Shown piece by piece: positions 1 to 12,748 of a DNA stretch of 64,000 bases. Position 1 is the stretch's first letter. The number at the start of each line of letters is the position of its first letter. This DNA is from Raillietiella orientalis. Lineage: Eukaryota. The notes beneath the pieces are model-generated. The model was given only the letters and a program-made list of their open reading frames with translations. It ran no database searches and was not told the origin of the DNA. The position numbers and the translations under genes were made by a program. Location: positions 434,001 to 498,000 of the forward strand of contig JAYWIR010000049.1 of the NCBI GenBank assembly GCA_036172245.1. The letters run 5' to 3'.

Positions 1-3000
1 CGAATAAACCATCAATTGTACATCGACTTGCACCTCTTCGTATCTGACTGTATGTCTCATCTATTGATGCCGTGGAGAGAATCGAAAGCTTCGACACCCC
101 GTTTGATACAATCTTGGCTTACATAAGAAATCACAGAATGGTTTCTTGCTGCAGAACGTCTAGAACCTACCTATGAAGGCCACACCTACGAAAGGTGTGG
201 CTTTAGAATCTACTTCTGAAAGCCACACCACCGTAGCCTACACCACACTGCGAATCCAGCTGTCCTTCAACCCATTATTTATCTTCTCTTTGAAACTTTC
301 TTCCATTACATGTAGCCTCCTCCTCACTATTTCCGAATAAATAACAATCGTGTAACCCGCCTTGTAAGTAAATATTGTTTCCGAAAGCGCAAGGGATCTT
401 CAGACGGGCCCTTGTGTCTCTAAGGAGGACGACCTCACCGTCATGTCTTCCTCTGTAAGCTGTCGCAGCCAGCACGCAGAGTAGCAGGAAGAGTGAATCA
501 CGTTCTTCTTTCACAGGGAGGGAGGAGGACAACAGCCTCGATGCACCATTTCCGTGTGAGAAAATCGCCAAAGCAACTTGTGTGCACAGAGGGTACTGCA
601 TCACTCTTACTACAAGAACTCCTCATCGACTTCAGGTGACAGTGGATATTATTTATCATTATCATTCTCTTTTTTTTCCGTTTTTTCTCCCCTCCTATTA
701 TTTTTTTCCCACTGGAGAGGGAAGAAGTTGCCTGAAGTTTTGGAATGCACGAGACGGGAAAACGGTGAATCACTGTTTATGGAGCTTTCGACGAAGTGTC
801 TGCGAAGCTTTTTTTCTTATCTGCAAATTTTGCAAAATTTGCAAATAAGAAAAATGCTTCAGGAGCTGGGTTCAAATCTGGCAAAAGATAATACTTTGCG
901 TCCAACATTTTTGGTCGTTTATGTCGTTTCTTTCGGAATTACGAAGAGAACTGCCCAGAATGCTAGCCATGCAGACAACGGAGATAAACGTTCCCCCCAT
1001 GAAAGCACCATCATGTGGAAGAGGAGCAAGTAGTAAAATTTCTTGAATGTGAGCATCCGTAGAATGAGGAACCCATTCTTGTCCGCTTGGAAATCGAGGA
1101 TGCTCGGAACATGGAGCGCCGATGCTGTTGTCAGCATCCCAAAACGCTTTCCTTCGGCGCAGCACTGAAATTCATACCACGCCGTCATTAGGTTCCAAGT
1201 AATTGAAAACGAGACATCTTCAATCTTTTCCGAATAAGCAGGAATAATTCATGGTGCCATCGAGAACCAAAAACGGGAGTCGTCGCTGCCGCCCAGCAAA
1301 CGAACCCTTCATGATTTCCTATGAATCCAGACGGAAACCACTGAATTTTTGTTGTCGATGCTACATCCTTCCTTCCCTTCCTTTTTTTCGATTCTGTTGT
1401 GTCAATCGCTCCCATCATGCCTCATCCGATTTCGACGTAAGTGGTCCACAGTCGGGCAGAAAAAACAAATTCTCGCAAGAATCCTCAGGGACAGATGAGC
1501 AGCAACATGCTGCAGGTTTCAGTTGTTCAGGTTTTTGTCGCGGTTCTGCTCGGTCCACGTGCAAAGATCGCCATTAGAAAGTATTTCATGTTACCACATA
1601 ACAGTCTGCTACACTTCCAGAGAGGTAGGGATGTTACTTGAAGTTATCCTTGTCGCATTTATCCTTTATTTATCCTCACCACGTTTGGGAGAATAGTTGA
1701 AAAAATGAACCTTTGCTGCACAAAGGATCGCACAAGCGAACGTTCAAGGAACGCACAAAAATCGCCTTGCACGCTTTAGAATCGACTGAAATTGTATGAA
1801 AACACATCTCCACCGACAGCATCATTGCCAATCTGGTCAAGCAAGGATTCAGTTTTTAACAGCTGGTTGACTGATGATGACTATCATCTGCTTTTCAAAA
1901 ATTTCATCTCTTTTTTTTTTTCATGCACACACACACGACAAGGCATCAGGAGGCAGAAAGCACGCTAGGATCGCCAGAACATCTTATCACTGAGTCGATC
2001 ATGGTTTCTCCTGAACTCTGACACACACAACGGATATTATCATCCTGAAGGTCTGTGTTTGAAGAAATGAGACTACCATGGCAACACTGAACTCACATAC
2101 TCTTAAAACATGCTACCCCAAAAGTTCATGGCGCAACTCTGAAGACTTTCATCCTCGTCACGGCGTTTCCTATCGAAGTTTGCATAACGCTGGGATTTGC
2201 AATTCATCTTCCTGTCACAATGTCGGAATCCGGGCAGCAAGTTTTTTTCTTTTTTCCTTATTTCCTAAAGTACGCAAGCGATGCATCCGTGCTCCACATC
2301 TTTCAAACTCTTTCGTCGTTCCGTTTATCAGCTTCTCTTCGAATTCACTTCGGCTAACCAAAGTCCTAACTGACCATTGAGAAACTGCTACCTTCGCACT
2401 GCGAGGGAACGAAGGAAACTTGGGGAGGAACTGGGGTGGAGGGAAACGAATGGAAACCGAAGCAACCAGGAATGAGCCCTCACAGAATTTCAGGCACATG
2501 GGAATTTCAAGCAGGCGATTGTAGCAGTTGTCAAGCACCCTATTTCTCTTCAGTTCATAACTTTCATCACCTTCATGTATCCTCAAGCATCAGACTGCAT
2601 CTGTAAAAGCTTCTAAACAAATTTTTTTTACATTAGAGTTTTTAGCAACATACTCACACTGTTAAACAAGTTTGATTTGTCAAAGATGTTGGTCTAAAAT
2701 GCACAAAGCATGCAGGATAAATCCACATATCTTTGCACATCTAATAAATGAATTGCATCAAAGAGAAAAGCAAATTGGAATTTTCTAGAAAAATTGCAGT
2801 AAAACCCAAGTTTACCAGAAAAATTCTTCACTGGTAATTGCACATGGCAAGCACAAAAAAAATGATAACTTCGAGGGTTTACAAGCAAGATGTAAGCAAA
2901 TGGTTGCAACATGAAAGAAACATTTTTTTTTTTGGTAAATTCAATATTTTTTAAACTTCCTTTAAAAAAAAAAAAAAAAAAGATTGTTCAACTAAAAGTC

Positions 3001-6000
3001 CATGAAGAGCATTCCCAGCAGAATTTTATGCATTGGCTGGATTTCGATACATGAGCAAAGTGTTATGTCAGTATCCATTTTTATGAAAGAACTGCATGAA
3101 CCACAGCATTTTTTTGCTTTGCGAACGGACCTTCAGGGTGCTCACCACACCATTCTTCAGGGCCGATTTGAAAACATTGTATCAGTACTACAAGAGTAAT
3201 TTGCCTTAGGAAGAAACACTGAGAAATGCATGGATGAATTCATTTCTTTTGTCTAAGTAATTCAACACATCTTCATCTGATGGTAAACAGCCAGATAATG
3301 CGTGTCTGTGTGAACACCTCAATTATGTCTTAGCCCATTTGACGATAGCAACCACCCTCTTGCTGAAGTGACGTAAGAGCTGGCGTGCTTTTTCTCGTTT
3401 CCTCAAGTTTGCATCAGCCACATCTTTCTCCAAATTATGTGCCCCACATCAGTTTTGTTTCCCCAGTGTCCTATTAGAAGGATGGGCATACACATGCATG
3501 CAAGAAAGGAACTGCTTCCACATGATTCTGAAGTACGATAGCAAATGCATACATTCTGTCCTACTTGGGAGTTATGGGTTTCAAGTGAGTGACTTTTATC
3601 CCATAGTCCAACAGCTGATCACAAGTATGCTACTTTGCTGCCTCCAATTGATTTTGTAAGTCCATTGGCTCCTTCATGGTCCACACAGCATAATCCCGCA
3701 TATCCACTTGAAATGCGCCAAGCTTCTATAAAGGAATCGCTTTTTTTTTTACCTCATCCCATATTTTGTATCTCAGGCACAATACAATGCACGTACTGCA
3801 TTCTGAATTGCTGCTGGGCAATGAGCAAAGTGCAAGGAATTCAGGGAACTCTTATGGAAGAGCGGATAAGGTTTCCTCAGATAAAAGGCTAGAAAGTGTA
3901 CGACAAATGCCGAAATTCGTCAAGCAGCAGAGGATTCACCCTGGTTACGTACGAATCTGCTGCTTCACCTACCACGAATCGAGCCACTTTCTGAAAGCCT
4001 CGCCCTACTCAAAGGAGGTTTCGATATGACTCAAAGCCGCTCTATGGTCTGCTAAACAGCAACTTCTCGATTTTTTTCGCCTCCATGAAACCTTTCCTGG
4101 TTTCGAACAGAGGTGCGTCGTTCCCACTCTCATTGCCAGCCGGGTGCACGCGTCTCCAGAGGACATAACCACCTGCAGGCAGTCGCAGCTTCCAGCTCCA
4201 GCGCAAGTAGTGGTTACTTGACAACGGCTAGCAGATCCACACAACTCGTTATTGTGTTGCCCACTGCAGATTGTACCTAAGGATTCCTCACAAAGGAATG
4301 AAGCCAGAAGTGAAGCAGTATTTAGTTATTGCTTGGCTCGGTTCAATCCCTTCGTCCGGTGAAAGCAGTCGTAAAAGAGTTCCAAGAAAACTGGTTCCAA
4401 GTTTCTTCTTCATGTTAGCAATTTGTGTTTTCTGGAAATTAGTCTTAAATTCCGAATAAAATTTTCGGTCAACGATGCTTCCTTCCGTTCCTCGTAAAGT
4501 CACTTTCAATCTCTGAGGTTCTTATTAATTCTTCAAGCAATTTAAAAAAAAAAAAAAAAACTTAACTTTTATCAAGGAAATTTCCTCTGGAAGAGATGTA
4601 CACGAGCAAAAAACATCCAGCTGATTGATACTGAATCAGCTTTCAAATCAGTTTTCACGATTGAAATTTGAACTTTGGCGGACCAAGTGATTGGATGAAT
4701 CCACAGTTCCTATCACTTGTTTCGAACTGTTACTGATCGTATACAGGAATCAAATCAAAGTGAAAAGGAGGAACTTAGGTTTAGATCAGACATACAAACA
4801 AACCTAGTTTCTTCCTTTTCCTGTTCTTGTTCTTCTTCTTGACTCTGATGAAGCCGGGGTACTCCAACTGTCGATGCAGTGAACCTTCGGAATGTTCCTG
4901 ATGGGATCCCTCACTTGACAAATCATAGAAAACGTGAAATCACAGAGCTTGGACACCAGGTTATTAGCTATCTTCCAGGTGACACGATGCTCGGTCAACT
5001 CTGCGTCCTCTGCAAAACCCGAAAAGTTGAGGCATCATTCCCTTAACAAGGCAGTTTCCGAAGCAAACTTTTGGTAAAGTAACAAGAGCAGTGGTGCAGT
5101 AGATCAGACACTGAAGTCTGCACGGCAAACTCAAAAGACACTGAAAGTTTCCTCATGTTGACTGCGGAGCTTCCGATATTCCTCCGCTTCTGCCTCCTCT
5201 TTGCTTCCAGAGAAGAAACCATGTATGCGTTTGTTACCATCTGTTCCCATTCCATTCCAGTATATATGGAGCTGTTCTAGTGTTCAGCCCTTTCTGGTGT
5301 ATGGTAGCATCACAGTTAGGCAGAAATACTCGAGACAGCATCCCGAGTGTCTCTGTGTGTTTTTACTCAAGAGTGTTAGCGTGTTCTGGTGCAACCAGTA
5401 GTTCTGCGTTGAACAGCGTTTTGAGTCAGTGATGTTTGAAGACGTGGCTCGTGATGCCTTACGCAGCAGTGGTTGTTTGCCGAATCTTTCTCGTTAGTGT
5501 GTTCCATTATACTGGTTACTCAGACTGGTTCGTTGATTAGTACTCAAAAGGATTAGTCTTTTTTTTTTTTTTTCCTTATCAAGGGTGGAAGGGCTTATGC
5601 AAATAATCGATAACCGATGATTGCTTCAACTTTTAACTATCAGCGATTGAAGCCTCCTAAGTCGAAGAGTAATATCCTGTTATTTAGACTGAGTATCGAA
5701 TAAGAAGGAAACAGGGAGAGGAGGCATTCTTCTACCGAGCGTAAAAAAAAACAAAAAAAAATGGATTCCCGATCGTTAGGAAAGCAAGTAATTATCCGCT
5801 ATTGCCGAATCTTTGGATTCAAATAAAGCAACGGTTGGACCAGTCAAAAACAAACCAAAAAGAGAGAGAGAGAGAAGCGCGGGAACAAGTATGTTAGCCT
5901 GATTTCCCTATCGGTGCAAAAAGACAGCTTTCCTGGGACAGCTTCCAGGAATGCAGCTGAAAAACACCCAGGGATCTGTATGCAAGAGAAGCAGCTACCT

Positions 6001-6619
6001 TTTAAATAGAAACCGTTGGTCAACATCAGAGTCCAACGAAGAAGATCGAAACAATCGTGAATTTTCCGCTAGAAAGGAACAGCTTAGAAGATATAGTGAT
6101 CTGTTTCCTTAACTCATTACAAAGTCAGCAGGGAGGCGAAGTGGGTTAAAAAAAGAACGAAATAATTCTCAAGACGACTGCCACAATCCCACGTGCATGA
6201 AGTTTTTCAGAGACAGTTCAACGCCGATGAGATGGGTCTGTCGCTAAGTCACAAGCAAGAGCCTGAGGCTGACACTTCCGAAAATGGGAGAAAGTTTCAA
6301 AAATGATCCCCAGCTTCCAATGAAAAAACTTGCCTTGCTTTTTTTTTCTCTTCTTCTTCTTCATAGTCCGCTGCATCAGGGAAAGAGCACGACAATCTTC
6401 ATTTTAGAGTCCAGGGTGACCAATCTCTCAGGAACCTCGAACAAGGGAAGGGGGCAGCTACCATCCCCACGCGTGAAGCCTGCTACGCCGGATGAGCGCC
6501 AAGCCAGTCCCTTCCATTAAATAAACTTGCACATGGGGAGCAGCTTTGAAACACAAGGAATGTGGGTGCGCAGCTCGGCAGCGGGAAAAAAAAAACGAAG
6601 GAAGAAAGGAGGAATGGAG

Positions 6620-6925
6620 ACGAGGGCTCACCAATGAGGATCTCTCTTACCTCCCTTTCTGCGGCACTGCCTTCCCTCAGGGAACATCTGGGCAGCGGCA
6701 TTGCGGCAAAACGGGAGGTTGATGTAAAGATCTCCGGGACGAAGAAGAGGATCGGGGAATGGAGAACGGGTCAGCTGACCAACGCTGCAACCCCGAGTAC
6801 CACCCCACATGGACACTTGCGCTAGGGTGAGTTGCCGGATGTTCCGGTGGAACACCTGAAGTGGGCCCCGGTGCTTATGAACATGCTCACCCTCCTCATG
6901 AAGTGGCAGCAATCGGCACTGATTT
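6620..6925 (+). mobile_element. L1/Tx1-type LINE, ORF2 C-terminal fragment
   Basis: Translation LSAALPSLREHLGSG...IGEWRTGQLTNAATP...LMKWQQSAL is homologous to ORF2 C-termini elsewhere in the window; cut by an antisense element 3' end at 6926. Confidence 0.75.
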
Positions 6926-8990
6926 CACACCCGGGGACGCCGGGCCGTTTATTTATCAACAAACAAACATGTGTAGGGCCATAGACCCTACAGCGTCCGA
7001 AAGTGTTCGAAGCTTTCCGAGTCACCGACGCGCATGCCGGCAAGGTTCGACTCGTCAGTGGAGGGGGAGGGGGGAAACAAAAAGAAAAACAAGAAAATCC
7101 TATTTGCAAAAGCAGGGGTGAGCTGGGGAAGGGATCACGTTCTACTGCAGACCGTCCTCCACATCCTTTCCAGGATGCCGGCAAGTTCCATCTGCAGGCG
7201 TCCCAGATGAGGCCATCCGGCTGCCGGCCTCAGGAAGCGCAGGGCGGAGAAGATGGCACCCTTATCGTTCTCTCCACCAGTGGGGTTCCTACAGTCCGCC
7301 ACAACTTCACGAAGGCACCAAAGAGCTGCAAGGGCTGCGGCAGGCACAAGAGCATCGCGCACAAAGGGGTGCTTGAAATACGTCTCTGGGAGCGTTCAAA
7401 GGTGCACCTATGGCCGTTGCAAAAAGCAATCACAGAAGCCGGAGGGCAACACAATAAATAAGCAGGTGCGGGAGGAATTACCGTGCCCCGCACCTGACAC
7501 ATTTCGGGTCTGCTGCATCCTCGTCTAGTGAGATTGGCGGGCGTTCCTGGGGAGTACTCAGTGAAATATCAGAAATACCGACTCCTGCCACTTCAGGGGG
7601 AAGGCCCGGGTATTCTTCAGCACTGGTATCCACTCGAGTTCTCCCAGCAGGATGCTCAGCGGCTCGCCCCAGCACAACAGTCCTTTCAGAGGGGCATTTG
7701 GGTTCGCAGCGTTGGTCAGCTGGCCCGTGGTCCAATCACCTAATTCCTTCGCTCCTCCTCCGATCTCACTTCGGACCTCCCATTTGGCCGGCTGACTACA
7801 GCCCAGGTGCTCCCTGAAGTAGGGCAGAGCCGCGGCTAGGGAAGTCCTCTCAGCCCATGCACGCGAGGCGGGCTGCGCAATGATGTCCTGCAGCGAGAGG
7901 CTGTTGTAAAAGGAGTACAGCGGTCGCTGCCGCAACTCCGGGCTCGCTTCCTCAATCTGGGCCCGTGTGCAAATGTTTTCCTGAAACTAGGCAGTGCCGT
8001 TCACGGACCGATCCAGGTGTTTATCCTAGTCAGCTTGATCACTCGCCTGAGCTTCAGTCCTCAGTGAAACAGGTACCGACGTTTGCGGTTCTCTAGGAAG
8101 GCAGACAGTCCCGCGCAGCCGCTGGCTCTCTGGAACAGGTATTGTGCGGACTCGCATCAGCTGGATCTCCAGAACTTCGTCACTAGTGCTAAATTCCTGA
8201 ACTGGAGCTGCATTACCAGATACTCCAGCGTCAGGAGGTCGAGGCCTCCGTCGCGATGCGGAGCGCACAAATCGTTCAGGCGGACCCAGGACCTCCCTCT
8301 GCCCCAAAGAGAGATCCTCAAGAGGTCCTTTGTCCGTCTCTTTTCACCGCAGGGTAGGGTGCAAACAAAAAGCAGATGGTGAAAAGGGATGTTCCAGCAA
8401 GAAAAACTCTCCATTCAGGAACGGGACGATAGCCTTCTCCGCCTTTTGGATGCAACTATACCACGCCTCCTCAGGAGAGTAGTCCCCCAACGTCACACCA
8501 AGGTACTTAAAGTACCTCACCGTGGGGATCTCCAAGAGAAACCAGCCCTGCTCCCCTGTCCACGACGAACCGACTGCAACCACGGACGACTTCGCCCTGT
8601 TCACCTATAGTGCTGTCGCGCGGCTTAACAGCGCGAAGAAATCTTCGAGCGCTGACACCGGGGTGGACATGGGGAGCAGCAGCAGAAGATCGCCTGCATA
8701 CGACTCCACGGTAGGGATACCCGAACACACGCTTGGTATGCGAGCTTGAGTCTCCTTGTACGCCTTCAGCACCAGTTCGAAGTAGGTGCTGAAGAGTAAG
8801 GGGCTCAGGCTGATGCCTTGCCGTATCTCGCGGAGCACCTGCACACCGAACGGCTTTCTTTCGCTGAAAGAAGCGTTGGTCAGCGCATCGCTCCAGCAAG
8901 AGCGCAGAAAGTCCATTAAAGAGACCAGGAAGCCCAAGCGCTCCAGAAGCTCCGGGAGGAGCTCCTGGTCGACGCAGTCGAATTCTTTAC
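6926..8990 (-). mobile_element. L1/Tx1-type LINE, 3' half (RT motif KAFD to 3' end), degenerate
   Basis: EFDCVDQ, IRQGISLSPLLF, YAGD (decayed YADD), FKYLGV; family 3'-terminal AATAAAC+hairpin motif at 6926-6953. Confidence 0.85.
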
Positions 8991-10020
8991 AATCGCGGGA
9001 TGGACGTGTTTTCTTGGTGCTCCTGGGTGCCAGGAACCCTCCCTTAGTGCGTAGTTTCCAGTGGTTTGGTGGTCCATCAGGCAGCAATGCCTGATACAAC
9101 CACCAGTGATTGTCAGGGGGGAACGCCTATGTCGTCCTCAGAGGCGATAGAGGTGGGGGCATCCACCTCCTCAGAATCGGTTCCCGATGCAGCATGGGCA
9201 TAGAGCGCCGTGGTCGCTGAGCCTACGCATGCAACCGCGGCAGATTCAAGTACCTACATGGAGGAGGGGTGCAACCCCTCGTTGCTCTACAAGGTAAGCA
9301 ACTTATATTCTCCGGAGAGTGCACGCGACTTTTCCAAGGCTATGCGCGCTCTTAACGTACAAGAGGGAGAACTCTGCGCGATGACCATCCGCAGCGGGGC
9401 GCAGTACGTAAAGGTGATCTGCAAACAGGCAGATCGGGCCCATCGTCTGCTCAAAACCCCCGTGGTGATGGGGAAACGCAGGTTCTTCCCATTACGGTGG
9501 ACCGCAGCATGGTGGTCCACCTGTTAGGTGTAACCGCACGGATGCGTCGGGAAATTGCACGCGCAGCGTTGGAAGAATTTGGAACAGTCCATGCGAAGTG
9601 GTCCAAACCTAGTCCCTTTGTGGACAGTACTGGACTGCAGTGTCACCTCACGACTGCACGCATCACCGTCCGAGAGGGCTGTTCTCTTCCCCACAAACTA
9701 GTGGTCGTCAGCAAAACGGTCGACATATGGTATGTGGGGAAGTCCAAATACTGCGGCTTCTGCAATGCGTCGGGCCATCTCAAGAGGACGTGCTCGAACG
9801 CGCAGTGCCAAGTATGTGGCCTAATGGGTCACACCCGCGAGTTGTGCCCAAAGGCAACCGTTCTCGTCGTGTCCGCTAAAAACGCGATAAAGCGTGCCAA
9901 ACAACTAGCTAAAAAGCGTGTGGCAAAAGCTGCCGCGAAAGATGTGCCACCCGAGCCCAAGGCTCAGGCCACATCCGAGGCCCCGAACTCTCCGCCACCG
10001 ACGACCAATCCTCAGTTGAG
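8991..10020 (+). mobile_element. Family C LINE 5' end: 5'UTR and ORF1 (ATG 9087), truncated
   Basis: Two CCHC knuckles (CGFCNASGHLKRTC, CQVCGLMGHTRELC); homologous copy at 23150-24284. Confidence 0.85.
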
Positions 10021-10022
10021 AA

Positions 10023-11576
10023 TTTTTTTTTCGCCTCTGACAAATTTTTATTACGGCACTTAAAGTATGTTTTCTCTCGCATAGAGCAGCATTCAATAAC
10101 AACGTAAAAGTTTGAAGCATTTATGTTAACACTTTCTTTGATAATTATTTGATGTTTTTTCGATTTTTTTTTGTTACATAAACAGTCTAGTCAAGGGAAC
10201 GCTCTATAGCACTCTCTGGAACTTCTATAGTCAAGGAGAAAAGTTTTTATCCACGGGGAGGGAATGCAAAGAGAAGTAAGGATGGCTACGCCTTGTCCAA
10301 GTGGGGTATTGAAATCATTTGGATTTTCATCATGAAGGATTAGAGAAGTCGGTTCGTGGACATCATGGATGTGGGAGGAGATCGAAGTTTCAGTAAGGTT
10401 TGGAGCTGTTTCCATTGTGGAGACGTGGTGGCAGTAAATATCTCTGAAAAACTAAATGGTGGCGTAGCATAAATGGGCTGCCACATCTCTTAGGGTATGA
10501 TTGTTTACTCCTAGGGATTTCAGTAGATTGTCATTAATGGGGTCCCAGCTTCCTAGAGCACCAAAGACAATAGCGTCATTGATCACGTTCAAGCCCTGGT
10601 TACGTAAGGAATTTTGTAGTCCCGAGTATTTTGTGATCTTATTCTCTCTGGCTCCTTCGAATGCAATGGGACGATCCTCAAAGGGAACAATGATATTTAT
10701 GATAATCGCTGTAGATCCATCACGCAAGAAAATCTCGGGACATAGGAAAGATTCTACTGTCTCGATTCACGTGTTCCGAGACGAAATTGGCCACGTTGGG
10801 GACAGTAACGAAAGAATGTAATCCTCTATATGATCGTGTCTTTTGGTAATGGAGCAGCTTAAATGGCGGGGACAGTGGCACAATACATGCGCTAATGTTT
10901 CTTTTTCATATCCGCAGAAACGACACTTTCCGATGAGGATGGGACGTCGACGACTTCCATTCAACACTAAGTAATTTAATCGTGCTCGGTGGATAAATCG
11001 CCAATCAGAAAATCTCATACTATCATACAGAGATAGGAAGGATATGGTCGCGGGATGAAGGCATACGCATTCTATTATTCGTCCCTGATCAGGCTATGCA
11101 AAGAGAGATTTGCATCTTTCTTCTCTTAGAAAAGTGCGAATGTTCCTTTCTATTTGCCTCCTATGTGAAGTCGACAGAATTTTCAGTAGGGGTTTTCAGT
11201 AGTTTAGAGTGGACGGAAATGGTGATGCAGTTCTCAAAACACCCTTTGATAGGCAGATGTTTCTATACTTCCCTAATCGCGGACCAAAATGTGCGTGAAT
11301 CACCACTCATGCGATTCAGGGGTTCTAGACAACACCCACTGAGTAACAGGGTAATGAGAGTAAGATCAGGAGGGGTATGGGTCTCTTGCTTCACAGCGTC
11401 TGACGTCATCATCTCTAGGTCGGCGACTCTGCTGTCTGGGCAAATAAGTTTGAAGGCGGAATCTACCGTCATGGAGGTGCTTCCTCGATAAGGAACCTGA
11501 CGCCATAGAGATATTCGTTTGATGATCCTTTTGTGAGGGAAAGGATAGACTGCTTCAGGACATCCTAAATGATTTT
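10023..11576 (-). mobile_element. 5'-truncated NeSL/Utopia-like non-LTR retrotransposon (restriction-like endonuclease type), degenerate
   Basis: Motifs AFKLI, PDQGR, DWRFIHRARLN, CRFCGYEKETLAHVLCHC, RHD, PEIF..IIVPFE..K..KY, GALGSW; AATAAA then a short poly(A) at 10023-10031 on the minus strand. Confidence 0.85.
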
Positions 11577-12651
11577 GTCGGTTCGGTGGTCCGTCAGGCA
11601 GCAATGCCACACACGACCACCAGGTGAGTGACGTGAGCGACAGGGGGTGACGGCCACGTCGCCCTCGGAGACGATGGAGGTGGGGGCATCCGGCCCCACA
11701 GAATCGCTCCCCACTGCGGTGCCAATGCAATCAAGCTGCTCTTGTGCAGCGGCTCCTCCTCACTCCCTTGTCCATCCGCAGGAAGAAAGTTTTCCCATTG
11801 CGCTGGACGAATTTTTTGTCGTGCAACCCTCAGACGTCGAGCCGGAGATCAGCGACAAACATTTGATCGACGCGTTGGCGGAATTCGCCACCGTTCACGC
11901 GTTGTGGAGGAAGCTGAGTTCCTATGAGAAATTCCCTTCCGTCCACTGCGGAATTGCTTCGGTTAACCGTTCCTAAACATCTCACGATACCTCCGCAGCT
12001 ACGGGTCAACGGCACGGTCGTTCACGTGTGGTTCGCAGGCAAAGCTCGCGCGTGCGAGCAATAGGGAAGCGCATCGAGGGATGAAGCGCAACGAATGTCT
12101 TCTCCGAAGTGCCGTTATTTCAAGGAGTCCGGGCACGATTTCAGGAATTGCCTGGATCTTGCAAAAAAGGAGGAGGCAGAAAAGCTCCGTCGCGCTCCCT
12201 TTCGCGCGGCGGAGAAGAAAGCTGTCCCTAAAAAAGAGGTGAACACGTGGGAGACCGGGAAGAAAGTGCGACGGAATGAGACCTCTCAGCAGGCTTTCTC
12301 GCCCGCAAAGTCCCGAAAAGGCAATCGCGTGACAGGATAGCCCCACCGAAGAAAGGACCCAAGGGCTCCGCGCGTACCGCCACTGCTCCGGCTTCCGAAA
12401 GAGAAACAACCGTTCCGCGAATTGGGTCAGTGAAGCCTCCTACACCGGTTCACAGCTCGATCAGGGGGATCGCGGGAGAAGGGGATCGCGATAGCGCGGG
12501 AACCATCTCTTCTAGTCCGTTGTCCATTCCAGGGGCTTCGAAGACCACACACAAAACGACGGCTGGAAGCCCGGCAACGAAAGCCTGAAAAAGCAACGGC
12601 GCGTCCTTTAAAAACACTCCGCAAACAGCCGCACCCTCCCCAACGCGGCAG
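11577..12651 (+). mobile_element. LINE ORF1 5' part: family C-like start (to ~11720) joined to family A-like ORF1; left half of host 1 of the family B insertion
   Basis: 11580-11720 matches 9063-9195 and 23222-23350; 11730-12651 matches 32645-33561; decayed knuckle CRYFKESGHDFRNC. Confidence 0.8.
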
Positions 12652-12748
12652 TTTTTCCCCTGTCCGACTTGCGGAGGGAGAATTTATTTATCTTAACACT
12701 TTAACAATGGTTACTCACTTTCAGTAATTACTCTTTTTCTTACTTTTC

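Noticed and set aside
1..6500. Short ORFs and splice-like signals (e.g. minus-strand TTTTGCAG acceptor near 5010) suggesting a host gene
   Set aside because: No recognisable domain and no consistent exon chain can be built by eye; needs RNA-seq or a homology search.
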